Positions 19,674 to 30,724 of a DNA stretch of 64,000 nt are shown here, piece by piece; position 1 is the stretch's first letter, and the number at the start of each line of letters is the position of its first letter. The notes under the pieces are model-generated. The model ran no database searches and was not told where the DNA came from. It saw nothing but the letters and a program-made list of their open reading frames with translations. This stretch comes from an uncultured Actinomycetes bacterium (GTDB lineage: Bacteria; Actinomycetota; Thermoleophilia; UBA2241). The stretch covers positions 96,001-160,000 of the forward strand of contig CAVWIH010000014.1 of assembly GCA_963755025.1 (NCBI GenBank). The letters are read 5' to 3'. The translations under genes and the position numbers were made by a program.

Positions 19674-21801
19674 CTAGTGCCCGTCCGCGCGCGACCTCGC
19701 CGTGGGCTTCACCTTTGACGGCGGCAGCTGGCCGAGCTGCCGGCGGCCGCGGCCCACGCGGTCCACGTCGACCGTGCCGCGCCCGAAGGCGTCGATGCGG
19801 CCCCAGCGTCCCGGGATGTCGAGCAGCTCGAGGTGGCCGATGCCCTGGGGCAACGCCGGGTCGACCAGCAGGTGCTCGCCGACCGGCTCGAGGCCGAGCA
19901 CCGCGCGCAGCAGCAGCAGCGGCGCCCCAGTCGACCAGGCCTGCGGGCTGCACGCCGTCGGGTACTGCACCGGGAACCTCGTGAGCTCGCGCGGGTAGCC
20001 GCCGAACGCCTCGGGCAGGCGGCCTTCGAAGAACTCGGCCGCGTCGAGGATGCCGGCCGCGATGCGCGCCGCCTCCTCCTTGAAGCCGTAGCGCCGCAGA
20101 CCCCAGGCGATGAACGAGTTGTCGAACGGCCAGATGGTGCCCACGTGGTAGCCGATCGGGTTGTAGCGGCCCTCGCCTTCGGCCAGGGTGCGCACGCCCC
20201 AGCCCGAGTACAGGCGCGTGCCCATGAGGTGCCGCGCGATCCGCTTGGCCTTGTTCTTGTCGACGATGCCGCTCCACAGCAGGTGGCCGACGTTCGAGGC
20301 GAGCGCGTCGACCTGGGCGCCGTCGGCGTCGAGGGCGAGGGCGAAGTACTCGCCGTCTGCGACCCAGAAGTCGCGGTTGAAGCGGCGCTTCAGGTCGGCG
20401 GCCTCCTTTTCGAGGCGCTCGGCGTAGGCCGGGTCCTTCCAGACCTCGCGCGCCAGGCGGGCGCCGCGCACCTTGGCGTCGTAGGCGTAGCCCTGCAGCT
20501 CGCAGGTCGCCCGCGGGAACCCCGGCAGGCGGCCGTCGCGGTAGGAGATCGAGTCCCAGGAGTCCTTCCAGCACTGGTTCTCGAGGCCGGTCTTCTCGTT
20601 GCGCCGCTTGTAGGCGACGTAGCCGTTGCCCTGCAGGTCGGCGTAGTCGTCGATCCAGTAGAGGGCGGCCCGCGCCACGGGCTCGAGGGAGCGCACGAGC
20701 CGCGTGTCGCCGGTCCAGCGCTCGTACTCGTCGAGGAGCACCACGTACAGCGCCGTGGCGTCGGCGGCACCGTAGTAGGGCGAGTGGGGCCGCTCCTCGA
20801 AGGCGGTCAGCTCGCCGAAACGCAACTCGTGCAGGATGCGCCCCGGGTCTTCGTCGCGAAAGTCGTCGACCCGCGCGCCCTGCCAGAGGCCGAGCGCCAT
20901 CAGGGTGCGTGGCCGCGAGCTCGGCGCTGAAGGGCAGCGCCTGCAGGCTGGTGAAGATGCTGTCGCGCCCGAACATCGTCATGAACCAGGGCAGGCCGGC
21001 GGCCGGCAGGTAGTGGCCGGGCAGCGACACCGGCGAGAAGCGCAGCGCCGCCAGGTCGACGAGGCTGCGCCGGTAGGTCGCCGTGAGCGACGCCCAGTCG
21101 CACTCCAGGCGGGGCGCCTCGTCGAGCCACTTGTCGAGGCTGCGCTCCATGTTCGGCTTGGCCCTGCTGGCGCCGCCCCCGTACTTGGGGATGGCGACGC
21201 TCTGACCAGGCGCGTCGACCCCGGTGGCGACATGCAGCTCGGTCTCCCAGCGGCCGTGCGGCTCGATGGTCACCTTGAACCTCAGGCCCTGCTCGTCGAT
21301 CGTCGCCGGCTTCGTCGCCGAGATCCAGGTCTCGCGCTCGAAGGTCTCGCGCCTGTACCCGAGCACGAGCCGGCCGTGGTCGTCGATGCGGCGCAGGTAC
21401 TCGCCCGACTTCTTCAGGGCGTCTTTCACCTCGAACAGGTCGGCGAAGTCGCTGTCGGCGTCGATGCGCACGTCGAGCGAGACCGCCTTGTCGTCGTGGT
21501 TCAAGATGGTGAGCTCCTCGCGAAAGCCTCCGCCCACGGCGCGCTGGCGGATCACCGACAGCTTGGCGTCGACGTAGACCGTGCCCGTGCCGGGCACGAG
21601 AAAGAAGCGCGTCTCGAAGTACTGCAGGTCGTCGACCGAGAGCGGGTTGAGCCGCTGACCGTCGATCGTCAGCACCCACTTCGACAGAAAGCGTGTGTCG
21701 AACGAGAACAGGCCGGTCGGATCGGTGAGCGACGCCTCTATGTCGCCCGCTTCATCGCTGACCACGAAGGTGTTGCCGTCGAGGATCTTGACCTCGTTCA
21801 T
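19674..21801 (-). CDS. Amylo-alpha-1,6-glucosidase / glycogen debranching N-terminal domain protein; frameshift near 20905-20915
   Basis: GLFSFDTRFLS, AAGLPWFMTMFGRDS, PGRILHELR, NQCWKDSWD, YHVGTIWPFDN, ACSPQAWS. Confidence 0.9.
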
Positions 21802-22178
21802 CGCCGTCCTCCCGCGTAGCCGGCCGTCGGCAGCTCGTCGCGCGCGCCCGGCGAGCCGCGGAAGAGCCGCTGAAAGGCGAGCAGCAGGATGAACTTGCCG
21901 CGTACGGTGACGGCGCCGCGCAGCAGGGCCGCCATGGCGTTGGTCTCACCGGACAGCACGTCGTCAAAGGTCGTGCGGTCTGTGCTCAGCACGAGATCGG
22001 CGTCGTGGTCGCTGTGCGAGATCGCCATGTCGCCCCGCTTGACGTCGACGTACCAGTGCTCGGTGCGCTTGCCGCCGCTCAAGTCGAACCGCAGGCTGCC
22101 CGAGAAGCTCGCCAGCATGGGCTCGTGGCCTTTGGCGGCGAGGCCCTCGAAGAACGCCCGCGTCGGATCGGCCATCAC
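21798..22178 (-). CDS. SCP2 sterol-binding domain protein
   Basis: GSLRFDL...NAMAALLRGAVTVRG; coupled to the glucosidase by an ATGA overlap. Confidence 0.75.
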   Translation of the reverse strand: MMADPTRAFFEGLAAKGHEPMLASFSGSLRFDLSGGKRTEHWYVDVKRGDMAISHSDHDADLVLSTDRTTFDDVLSGETNAMAALLRGAVTVRGKFILLLAFQRLFRGSPGARDELPTAGYAGGRR

Positions 22179-22356
22179 TCACCCTCTTCCCTCGCTTGAT
22201 GGGGCGCCGGCGAACAAGGCTGCGCAGCGCGCGGTCGCGCGGGCCCCAACGGTCCAGCGAGTTGTGTACCCGGGAAGCGGGCGCCGCCGCGGTCGTTCGC
22301 CGTTGCCGGCGAAGGACACGGGCCGGTCGGCGGGCATCGGGCCGGCGGAGCGACGG

Positions 22357-23897
22357 TCAGGCGGGCTCGGCGGCGGGCGGCTCGGCGGCGGGCGGCCGCT
22401 GCGCTTCGGCCAGGTCGGCGAGGGCATGCTGCTGCTGCTTCGTCGCCGGATAGAGCTCGCGGTAGATGCGGTACGGCTCGTCGTAGGCCGCCGCGGCGTC
22501 GGGATCGGGCGCCACGACGGCGCGCGGCCCGCTCCAGTCGGTGGCCAGGTCGGCGCGCCCGGCGGCGATCGCCGCGAGCAGGGCGGCTCCCACGGTGGCG
22601 ACCGCGGGCGCCTCGAGGACGTCCTGCTCGAGGCCGGTGACGTCGCTGACGATCTGCGGCCAGAGCACGCCCTTGAGCTCGGCGTCGGAGGCCACCAGGC
22701 GCTGCGGACGGCTGCCGGCCTCGCGCATGACGTCGAGGTTGTGCCGCACGGAGAAGGCGATGCCCTCGAGCGCCGCGCGAAACACGTGCGCGCTCGTGTG
22801 CGCGAGGCTCAAGCCGGCGACCACACCCCGGGCGCGCGGGTCGAAGAGCGGCGTGCGCTCCCCCGCGAAGTAGGGCAGCACGACGACGCCGCCGGCGCCC
22901 GGCGGCACGCGCCGCGCCGCGGCGGTCAGGGCGCCGAAGTCGGGCGCGCCGCACAGGTCGCGCACCCAGCCCGCCAGGGCGCCGGCGGTCGCCGTGCCGG
23001 CCGCCAGGTTGCGCGCGCCGGAGACGAAGCTCGCCGGGCTCCAGAGCCGGGGGTCGGGCGCGGGCGGTGGTCATCACCTCGGCCAGGAACATGGTCGTGC
23101 CGTAGGCCAGCAGCAGCCGGCCGGGGCGCCGCACCCCGGCGCCGAACGCCTCGGCGAGCGAATCGATGGTGCCGGCGGCGACCGGGATGCCGGCGGGCAG
23201 CCCCGTCTGGGCGGCGGCCGCGGCGCTGACGACGCCGGCCGCCTCCTGCGGCCAGCGCAGCGGCGGCAACGGCGGCAGCGACGCACCGGGAGCGAGCCCG
23301 GCCAGCCACTCGTCGATCCAGGCGTTCACGTGCACGTCGTACAGGGGCGCCCACTGGCTGGCCGAGTGGTGGTCGAGCACGTACTCGCCGGTCAGGCGAT
23401 GGGTCAGGAACGAGCTCGCCCCGAACAGCCGCCGCGTGGCGCGCAGCACGTCGGGTTCGTGGCGGGCCACCCAGGCGAGCTTGGGGCCCACGGCCTGCGT
23501 GGTCAGCGGCGAGCCGCAGCGCGCGAGGATGGCGGCCGCGCCCAGCGCGCTCGTCGAGCTCGGCGATCTCGGCCACGGCGCGCGTGTCGATGCCGTAGAG
23601 GATGGCCGGCCGCAGCGGCCGGCCGGCGGCGTCGGCGAGCACGAGACAGGGGCCCAGGGCAGCCGCGGCGGCGGCCACGACGTGGCCGCCGCCGCGCGGC
23701 GGCAGCAGGCGCCGGCAGAGGGTGACGACGTCGGCCCACCAGACCGCGTCGGGGTCTTGCTCGGCCCAGCCGGGCCGCGGCCGCGAGATCTGATGGGCGA
23801 CCTCTTCGAGGGCCACGACGCGCCCGTCGAGCGAGACGAGGGCCGCCTTGCTCGTCGTCGAGCCGATGTCGATGCCCAGGACGAGCTCGGCGCCCAT
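22357..23897 (-). CDS. FGGY-family carbohydrate kinase (xylulokinase-like); several frameshifts
   Basis: GIDIGSTTSKA, WAEQD, AILYGIDTRA, AGTIDS, LPYFAGERTPLFDP, ALEGIAF spread over ORFs 22926, 22175 and 22357. Confidence 0.85.
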
Positions 23898-23907
23898 CGC
23901 TCTCGCG

Positions 23908-25218
23908 TCAGCCGGTCGCGCCGGTCGCCGGCGGCGAGTCCTTGGCGCCGTAGCGGCGCCGGTAGAGCACGTAGGCGACGCCGCCGGCGGGGATCGGCAT
24001 CCAGAACGAGACGAGGCGGTAGGCGAGCGTGCGCCAGCGTCGCGTCGGCGGCGCCGACGCCGGCCAGGCCGAGGGTCGCGACCAGGCCGACCTCGACGAA
24101 GCCCGAGCCCGCCGGGGGTGATCGGCACCATGCCGAGCAGGGCCGCCACGACGTAGGCGATCAGCACGAGCGAGGCGCGCGGCCGCGCGCCCGGTGGCGG
24201 CCAGGGCGGCGAGCAGGGCGCTGTAGTCGAGCAGCCAGTTGCCGGCCGCGTAAGGCAGCGCCTCCCACCAGCGCCGGCCGAGCATGCGACTTGATGAGGT
24301 CGCGCTCGTCGACCAGCCGGTCGGGCAGGCCGCTGGCGGGCTCGCGATGGCGCAGCAGGCGGTTGCGCGCCCGCTGCACGAGGGTGCCGACCGCGCGCAG
24401 CGGCCGGTCGGAGAACAGGGCGACGGCGCCCGCCGCCAGGATCAGGGCGAAGACGACTCATGCCGTAGGTGAGGGCGCGCAGCAGGGTGCCGGCCACGGT
24501 CACGCCGCCGAACAGGATGGCCGGCAGCGACAGGACGGGCAGCGAGAACAGCACGGCCGTCGACAGCAGCGTGGTCGCCGTGAGCCCCGAGATGACGCGT
24601 TCGGGCGGCGCCCCGCTCGCGGTGAACATCCCGTAGCTCGCCGTGCCGCCCGAGGCGGCGCCGCCCGGGATCACGCGGCTCACGGCGTTGCTCGTGAGCT
24701 GCGCCGTGGCGATCAGAAACCAGCTCTTCTCGTTCAGGGTCAGGCGCATGAGGCCCCAGGCGCACGAGAAGCTGCGCCACCTCGAGCACGCCCATGAGGA
24801 CGAACCACAGCCACAGGATGCCGCGCAGCTGGGGAAGGTGCGAGAACAGATCGACGAGCTGCGGCCAGACGAAGTACAGGCCTATGCCGGCGACGGCGAA
24901 GACGAGGATCTGGCGCAGCGGCAGGCGCTTGAGGAAGGCGACGACGCCCGAGGCGGGCGGGCGGGCGCCGGGCGCGCCGTCGCGCGGAGCGCCGGGCTCG
25001 CCGTCGCGCGGCGCCGCGGCGCGCGGGGCGTCGTGGCTCGGGGGCCGCGCGGCGGCGGGCCGCGGGGCGTCGTGACTCGGGGGCGTATCGCCGCCGGAAC
25101 CGCGCGCGGGCGGGGCGACGGCGCCCTGCTCAAGCGGCGGCTCGCGATCGGCCGCTCGTGTGCGACGCCGCTGTGGTCCGCCGGGTGCGGTGTGGTTGCC
25201 GGACATTTCGCGACCCAT
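23908..25218 (-). CDS. Lysylphosphatidylglycerol synthase TM-region / YbhN-like flippase; several frameshifts
   Basis: SRVIPGGAASG, VPITPGGLG and LAYRLVSFW motifs; start uncertain. Confidence 0.75.
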
Positions 25219-25312
25219 GCTATCGCTTCCCCACATCCGCGCGGAAACACCCGCCCTCGTCGCGCGGCCGCGCGACACGGTAAGCTTCGTCCACGCCGAC
25301 CACGGGGGCACG

Positions 25313-26341
25313 ATGCCGACGACGACCCAGACGTTTCCCAAGATCGAGCTGCACGTCCACCTCGAGGGCACGGTACGGCCGGCGACGTTGCTCGCCATCG
25401 CGCGGCGCAACGGTTACCGGCTGCCCGCCGACACCGTCGAAGGCCTGGCCGAGCTGTGCACGTTTCGCGACTTCCCCCACTTTCTGTCGGTCTGGATGGC
25501 GACGACCCCCGCCCTGCAGACCGCCGACGACTTTCGCCGCGTCGTCGTCGACTACGCGACCGAGGCCGCCGGCCACGGCGCCGTCTACCTCGAGGCGATC
25601 TTCTCGCCGGCCGAGCCCGCCGCCCGCGGCATCGCCTGGCAGGAGGTCTTCGAGGGCTACTGCGACGGCGCCCGCGAGGCGCGGGAGCAGCTGGGCGTCG
25701 AGATACGGCTGACGCCCGACATCACCCGCGCCTTCAGCCCGGAGGTCGCCGCAGAGACGGTCGCCTGGTGCGGCCGCTACCGCGAGCGCGGTGTGGTCGC
25801 CGTGGGGCTCGGCGGTCCCGAGAACGCCCCGGAGCCCTTCGCCCCCGCCTTCGCCCTCGCCCGTTCGCTGGGCCTGGGCGCCGTGCCGCACGCCGGCGAG
25901 GCCGCCGGCCCCGCCTCGGTGCGCGGCGCGCTCGATGCGCTCGGCGCCGATCGCATCCGCCACGGCATCCGCTCGGTCGAAGACCCGGCCCTCGTCGCCG
26001 AGCTCGGCGCGCGAGGCACGGTGCTCGACGTGACGCCGGTCTCCAACCTGCGCACGCGGGTCGTCGACGCGCTCGACGACCACCCCCTGCGCGCCCTGCG
26101 CGCCGCCGGCGTGCGCTGCTCCATCTCGACCGACGACCCGGCCCTGTTCGGCACCGACCTGCCGCTCGACTACGCCATGGCCGCCCACCTGGGCGCCGCG
26201 CCGCGCTGGGCCTTCGACAACGGCGTGGCCGGCGCGCTGTGCGACGAGGGCACGCGGGCGCGTCTGCGGCGCATCGGCGACCAGTTCGACTGGGCGGCCG
26301 TCGAGCCACCGGCGGCGGCGCTCATAGACACGCTGCGCTGA
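25313..26341 (+). CDS. add: Adenosine deaminase
   Basis: PKIELHVHLEG, HAGE, RIRHG, PVSN, STDDP. Confidence 0.85.
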   Translation: MPTTTQTFPKIELHVHLEGTVRPATLLAIARRNGYRLPADTVEGLAELCTFRDFPHFLSVWMATTPALQTADDFRRVVVDYATEAAGHGAVYLEAIFSPAEPAARGIAWQEVFEGYCDGAREAREQLGVEIRLTPDITRAFSPEVAAETVAWCGRYRERGVVAVGLGGPENAPEPFAPAFALARSLGLGAVPHAGEAAGPASVRGALDALGADRIRHGIRSVEDPALVAELGARGTVLDVTPVSNLRTRVVDALDDHPLRALRAAGVRCSISTDDPALFGTDLPLDYAMAAHLGAAPRWAFDNGVAGALCDEGTRARLRRIGDQFDWAAVEPPAAALIDTLR

Positions 26342-26422
26342 CGCCAGCGCGCGGCCGGCGCGCTTGCGGCCCCGAAGGCGACCGCGCGGGCCGGCGTGCG
26401 GCACCGCCCGCCGGCCGCCGTC

Positions 26423-28019
26423 TCAGGCCACCTCGCCCTCGCCGCGAGCCGGCACGATGGGCTGCGCCTCGGTGGCCAGCGAGGTCGCCACCGTCTCTTC
26501 TTTGGCGACCGTCCCGCGGCCCACGAACACCGCCGACAGCACGGCGCCGCACAGCAGGGCCACCGCCGACACGCCCAGCGCCACGTGGATGCCGTAGACG
26601 AACGAGTTGTCGATGGTGCGATGCAGCAGCGCCGGGTCGACGCTCGCCGGCACGCTGCCGGTCGTGGTGCCGCCGCCGTGGCTGGCGAGCGCCACGATCT
26701 GCGCCTTGGCGGTGGCGGGCAGCGGGAAGTGCGCGAGCGAGCCGGAAAGGTCGCTCGAGAACCAGTGCGTGACGATCGCCCCGAGCAGGGCGATGCCGAA
26801 CACCCCGCCCACCTCGCGCGTAGCGTTGGTGGTGCCCGACGCCATGCCGGCTCGCGCCCGCGGCACGGTCGAGGTCACGGCGGCCGTCATGGGCGCCATC
26901 ACCATGCCCATGCCGACGCCCAGCATCAGCATGTTCCACCATAGCGCCCCGTACGCCGTGGTCGGCGTGATGCGTTCGAGCAGCAAAATGCCGACGCCGG
27001 CGATCGTCATGCCGGCCGTCATGGGCCAGCGCGAACCGATGCGGCCCGCGATCTGCCCGGCGAGCGGCGCGGTGAAGATGATCGCCCCGGTGAGCGGCAG
27101 CACGCGCAGCCCCATCTGCAGGGCCGAGTAGCCCTGGATGTTCTGCCAGTACAGCGTCAAGAAGAAGAAGATGCCGAACATGCCGAAGCTGATCAACCCG
27201 GCGACCGTCGACCCGGCGGCGAAGGTCGGATTGCGAAAGAAGCGCAGCGGCAGCATGGGGCTGCGGGTGTGGGCCTCGACCCAGAGGAAGGCAGCCTGGG
27301 TGACGACGCCCACGGCAAAGAGGGTGAGGATAAGCGGCGAGGTCCAGCCGTAGTTGTTGGCCTCGATCAGGCCGTAGACCAGCGCGCCCAGCGAGACGAT
27401 CGCCAGGACCTGGCCGCGCACGTCGAGCGAGCGGCCCTCGGGGTTGGACGACTCCCGCACGGTGCGCAGGGCCACGAAGAACGCCACGATGCCGATCGGC
27501 ACGTTGACGAAGAACACGCTCTGCCAGCCCAGCGAGTCGACCAGCACGCCGCCGATGCACGGGGCCGGCCGCGAGGGCAAGACCCGACACGCCGGCCCAC
27601 AAGCCGATCGCCTGGGCGCGCTCGCGGGGGTCGGGGAACGTGGTGATGAGGATCGACAGGGTGCCCGGCAGCAGGGCGGCCGCGCCGATGCCCTGGATGG
27701 CGCGACCCACGACCAGCCAGTGCAGCGACGGCGCCAGTCCGCAAAGCAGCGAGCCGCTGGTGAAGACCACGAGGCCGGTCAGGAACCAGCGCTTGCGGCC
27801 GTAGAGGTCGCCGAGCGTGCCGCCGGTCAGCATGAGGCTGGCGAAGAACAGCGTGTAGGCCGTGATGATCCACTGCAGGCCCGACACTCCCGAGCCGAGG
27901 TCGCGCTGGATGGTCGGCAGGGCCACGTTCACGACCGTGTTGTCGAGCATGGCCATGAACAGGGCGAAACACATGGTGAACAGGGTCGTGAGCTTGACCC
28001 GGCGATCGACGGCGAACAT
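26423..28019 (-). CDS. DHA2 (EmrB/QacA) MFS efflux transporter; frameshift near 27555
   Basis: LDNTVVNVALP, GDLYGRKR, GRAIQGIG, FFVNVPIG; 14-TM pattern. Confidence 0.9.
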
Positions 28020-28381
28020 GAGGACTCCGCTTTCTGGGTGCTGGATGGTCGGACAGTGCCGAAGGGGGATGGCCCCGCGCGCGGCCCGGGCGGCCACGCC
28101 ACCTCGAGCCTTCGTGGCTCTTTCCCGCTCGCGCGAGTTCATAACGCCGCGCCGCGGTCGTGGCCGTCACCGCCCAGCGGGGCGATGGCCGGCGGTCCGC
28201 GCGGGCCCGCGAGCCGGCCGGCGAGGGCGTCGCAGGCTCCCCAACACTGGACGAACACCCCTGCGAGCCTGTTGTCTACTACCTACCGATTCACTGGCCC
28301 GCTTGCAGGAGCCTGCCTGAACGGGTGTCCGCAGGGGCTAACGAGGGTAGCCAGAGCCGAGTCTGGCACAGGGGGTCGAGC

Positions 28382-28798
28382 GTGGGGTCGAGTGTCGAGG
28401 CCATCAGCGGAGCCGGATGGCCGTTTCTCGTGTACGGCGTACTCGTCGTCATCATCGCGGCGAGCATCGTCGGCATCGCGGCCGTCCTTGGTCAGAGGCA
28501 TCGTGACCTGACGACCGGTGAGCGCTACGAATCCGGCCTTCCCCAAGCCGGCCCGCTGCCCCGGCGCTTCTCCATCGAGTTCTACCAGATCGCCGTCTTC
28601 TTCGTGGTGTTCGACCTCGAAGCGGTGTTCATCTTCGCCTGGGCGGTAGCCCTGCGCGACGTGGGCTGGCGCGGCTACGCCGAAGCGCTGACCTTCATCG
28701 TGCTGCTGCTCGCCGGCCTGGTCTACCTGTGGCGCCTGGGGGCGCTCGACTGGGGCACGGGCGCGCGACTGCGCGGCAAGCGCCGCCGGGCGCGGTGA
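28382..28798 (+). CDS. nuoA: NADH-quinone oxidoreductase subunit A
   Basis: YESG, FSIEFYQIAVFFVVFDLEAVF, GALDW; start approximate. Confidence 0.92.
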   Translation: MGSSVEAISGAGWPFLVYGVLVVIIAASIVGIAAVLGQRHRDLTTGERYESGLPQAGPLPRRFSIEFYQIAVFFVVFDLEAVFIFAWAVALRDVGWRGYAEALTFIVLLLAGLVYLWRLGALDWGTGARLRGKRRRAR

Positions 28799-30724
28799 TG
28801 GCGCGCCTCCCCCGCTTCGCGCGCCTCGCCGCGCTGCCCGTCGTGGCCGCGGTCGCCTTGGCGATCGTGCTGCCCGGCGTGGTCAAGGCGGCCGACCTCG
28901 AGCCCCACCCCGACGAGCGCGGCCAGCCCTGCGGGCCTGGCGGCCTCGCCCGGTACGGCGGCGACCCCGGCCCATCTCGGCGAGCCCCGCGCCGGCCGCT
29001 TCGTCGACGCCTTTGCCGGGCTCGGGCGCGGCCATCTTCGCCGCCAACTGCTCGGGCTGCCACGGCGACCACGGCCAGGGGCTGCATCGGCCCCAGCCAG
29101 CAGGCCGACGCGTTCCCCAGCCTCGTCGCCGGCATGGTCCGGCGCGGCGGCATCTCGATGCCGGCCTTCCGCCAGTTCTCGCCGGCGCAGGTCGCCGCGG
29201 TCTCGAGCTTCGTCGCCACGCAGATCGCCGACTCCCGCCGCCCGCACCGCGACCATCGCCGAGGGCGGTGCAGCTCTTCCGCCTGTACTGCTCGGGCTGC
29301 CACAGCTCGACCGGGCGCGGCGGCGCCCTGAGCCAGGGCCGCAACGCGCCGTCGCTGGCCGATTCCCCGCCGCCGAGGCGCTCGCCGCCATGATCCTGGG
29401 CCGCGGCAACATGCCGAACTTCGCCGGGACGACCTTCAACGTGCGTCAGCAGGCCTCTGTGGCGCTCTACGTCGAGACACTCCAGAAGCCGCCCTCGCCG
29501 GGCGGCTGGGGGCTGGGCTACATCGGGCCGGTCACCGAAGGCCTCGCCTGCTTCGCCGCGCTCGGCCTGATCGTGCTGCTCACCGTGTGGCTCGCCTGGG
29601 GCAAGGGCCAGGTCAAACCGGCCGCGCCCGGCACGGCTGCGGTGCTCCTCGCCGGCGCCGGCGACGCGCCCGGCACCGAAGCTCCGCTCGTCGCCGCCTC
29701 TGGCCCCGCGGCGGCCCCCGAAGCTCCGCCTGGCGCCGCCACCGGACCCGCGGCCGCAGTCGATCCGGCGCCCAGCGCCGGCCGCCCCGCGCTCGCACCG
29801 CCCGGCTGGCCGGCCGCGATCGGCCTCCTCGTCGCCATCGCCGGCGCCGTCGGCTTCGTCACCTTCTTCATCCTCGGCAACAGCGCGCAGAGGCTCGGCG
29901 GCACCATGGCGCTCTCGTTCCTGGGCCTCGGCTTCGCCCTGGCCTACTGGGGGCGCGACCTGACCAGCGACGAGGTCGAAGTGGGCCACTACCCGCTGCC
30001 GCCCGAGCCGGCCTCCGCGCCGGTCGCGACGCTCGTACCGGCGCCGGCGCCGGCCGCCGCGGCGCCTGCCGGCGAGACCGTCGCCGCCACGACCGGTCTG
30101 GCGCCCGCCCCGGCCGACACCGTGTCGGCCGAGCTGGGCGACGAGCTGGCGCGCAGCACGAACGTGCTCACCAGGCGGCGCTTCCTGACGGTGCTGCTGG
30201 TCGGCGCCGCCACCGTGGTCGGGCTCAGCCAGCTCGCCCTGGCCGCCTCGCTGGGGCCCAAGTCGCGCGGCCTGCGCTCGACGGCCTGGCGGCCCGGCGT
30301 GCGCCTGGTCACGACCGACGGTGTGCCCATCTCCCACACCGCGCTGCAGGGCGGCGGCGTGATCGTGGCCTTCCCCGAAGGCCACCTCGAAGCCGCCGAC
30401 TCGCAGGTCGCCCTGCTGCACCTGACCGACATCGCGCCCCTGGCCGGCCGCGAGTCGTGGAGCCCGGAGAGCTTCTTCGCCTACTCACGCGTGTGCACCC
30501 ACGCGGGCTGCGCCGTCGCCCAGTACGAGGACGAGTCCCAGGTGCTGCTCTGCCCCTGCCACCAGTCGACCTTCGACCTGCGCCAGGGCGCCCGGCCGAT
30601 CAGCGGCCCCGCCGCGCGCCCGCTGCCGCAGCTGCCGCTGGCCATCGACGCCGAGGGCTACCTGATCGCCCAGAGCGACTTCGACACACCAATCGGCCCC
30701 GGATTCTGGAACCTCTATGCCTGA
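28798..30724 (+). CDS. qcrC-qcrA: Diheme cytochrome c (QcrC), frameshifted several times, running in frame into the Rieske subunit (QcrA) of a cytochrome bcc complex
   Basis: CSGCH at 29049 and 29289, FRLYCSGCHSSTGRGGALSQGRNAPSL, NMPNF, PGGWGLGYIGPVTEG+TM; then TM helices, RRRFL, CTHAGC and CPCHQSTF in ORF 29390..30724. Confidence 0.85.

Noticed and set aside
22357-25218. FGGY kinase and flippase (also cls, MIP, sulfatase) as true pseudogenes
   Set aside because: I saw no in-frame nonsense codons or large deletions, motifs are intact, and the same indel type hits core respiratory genes.
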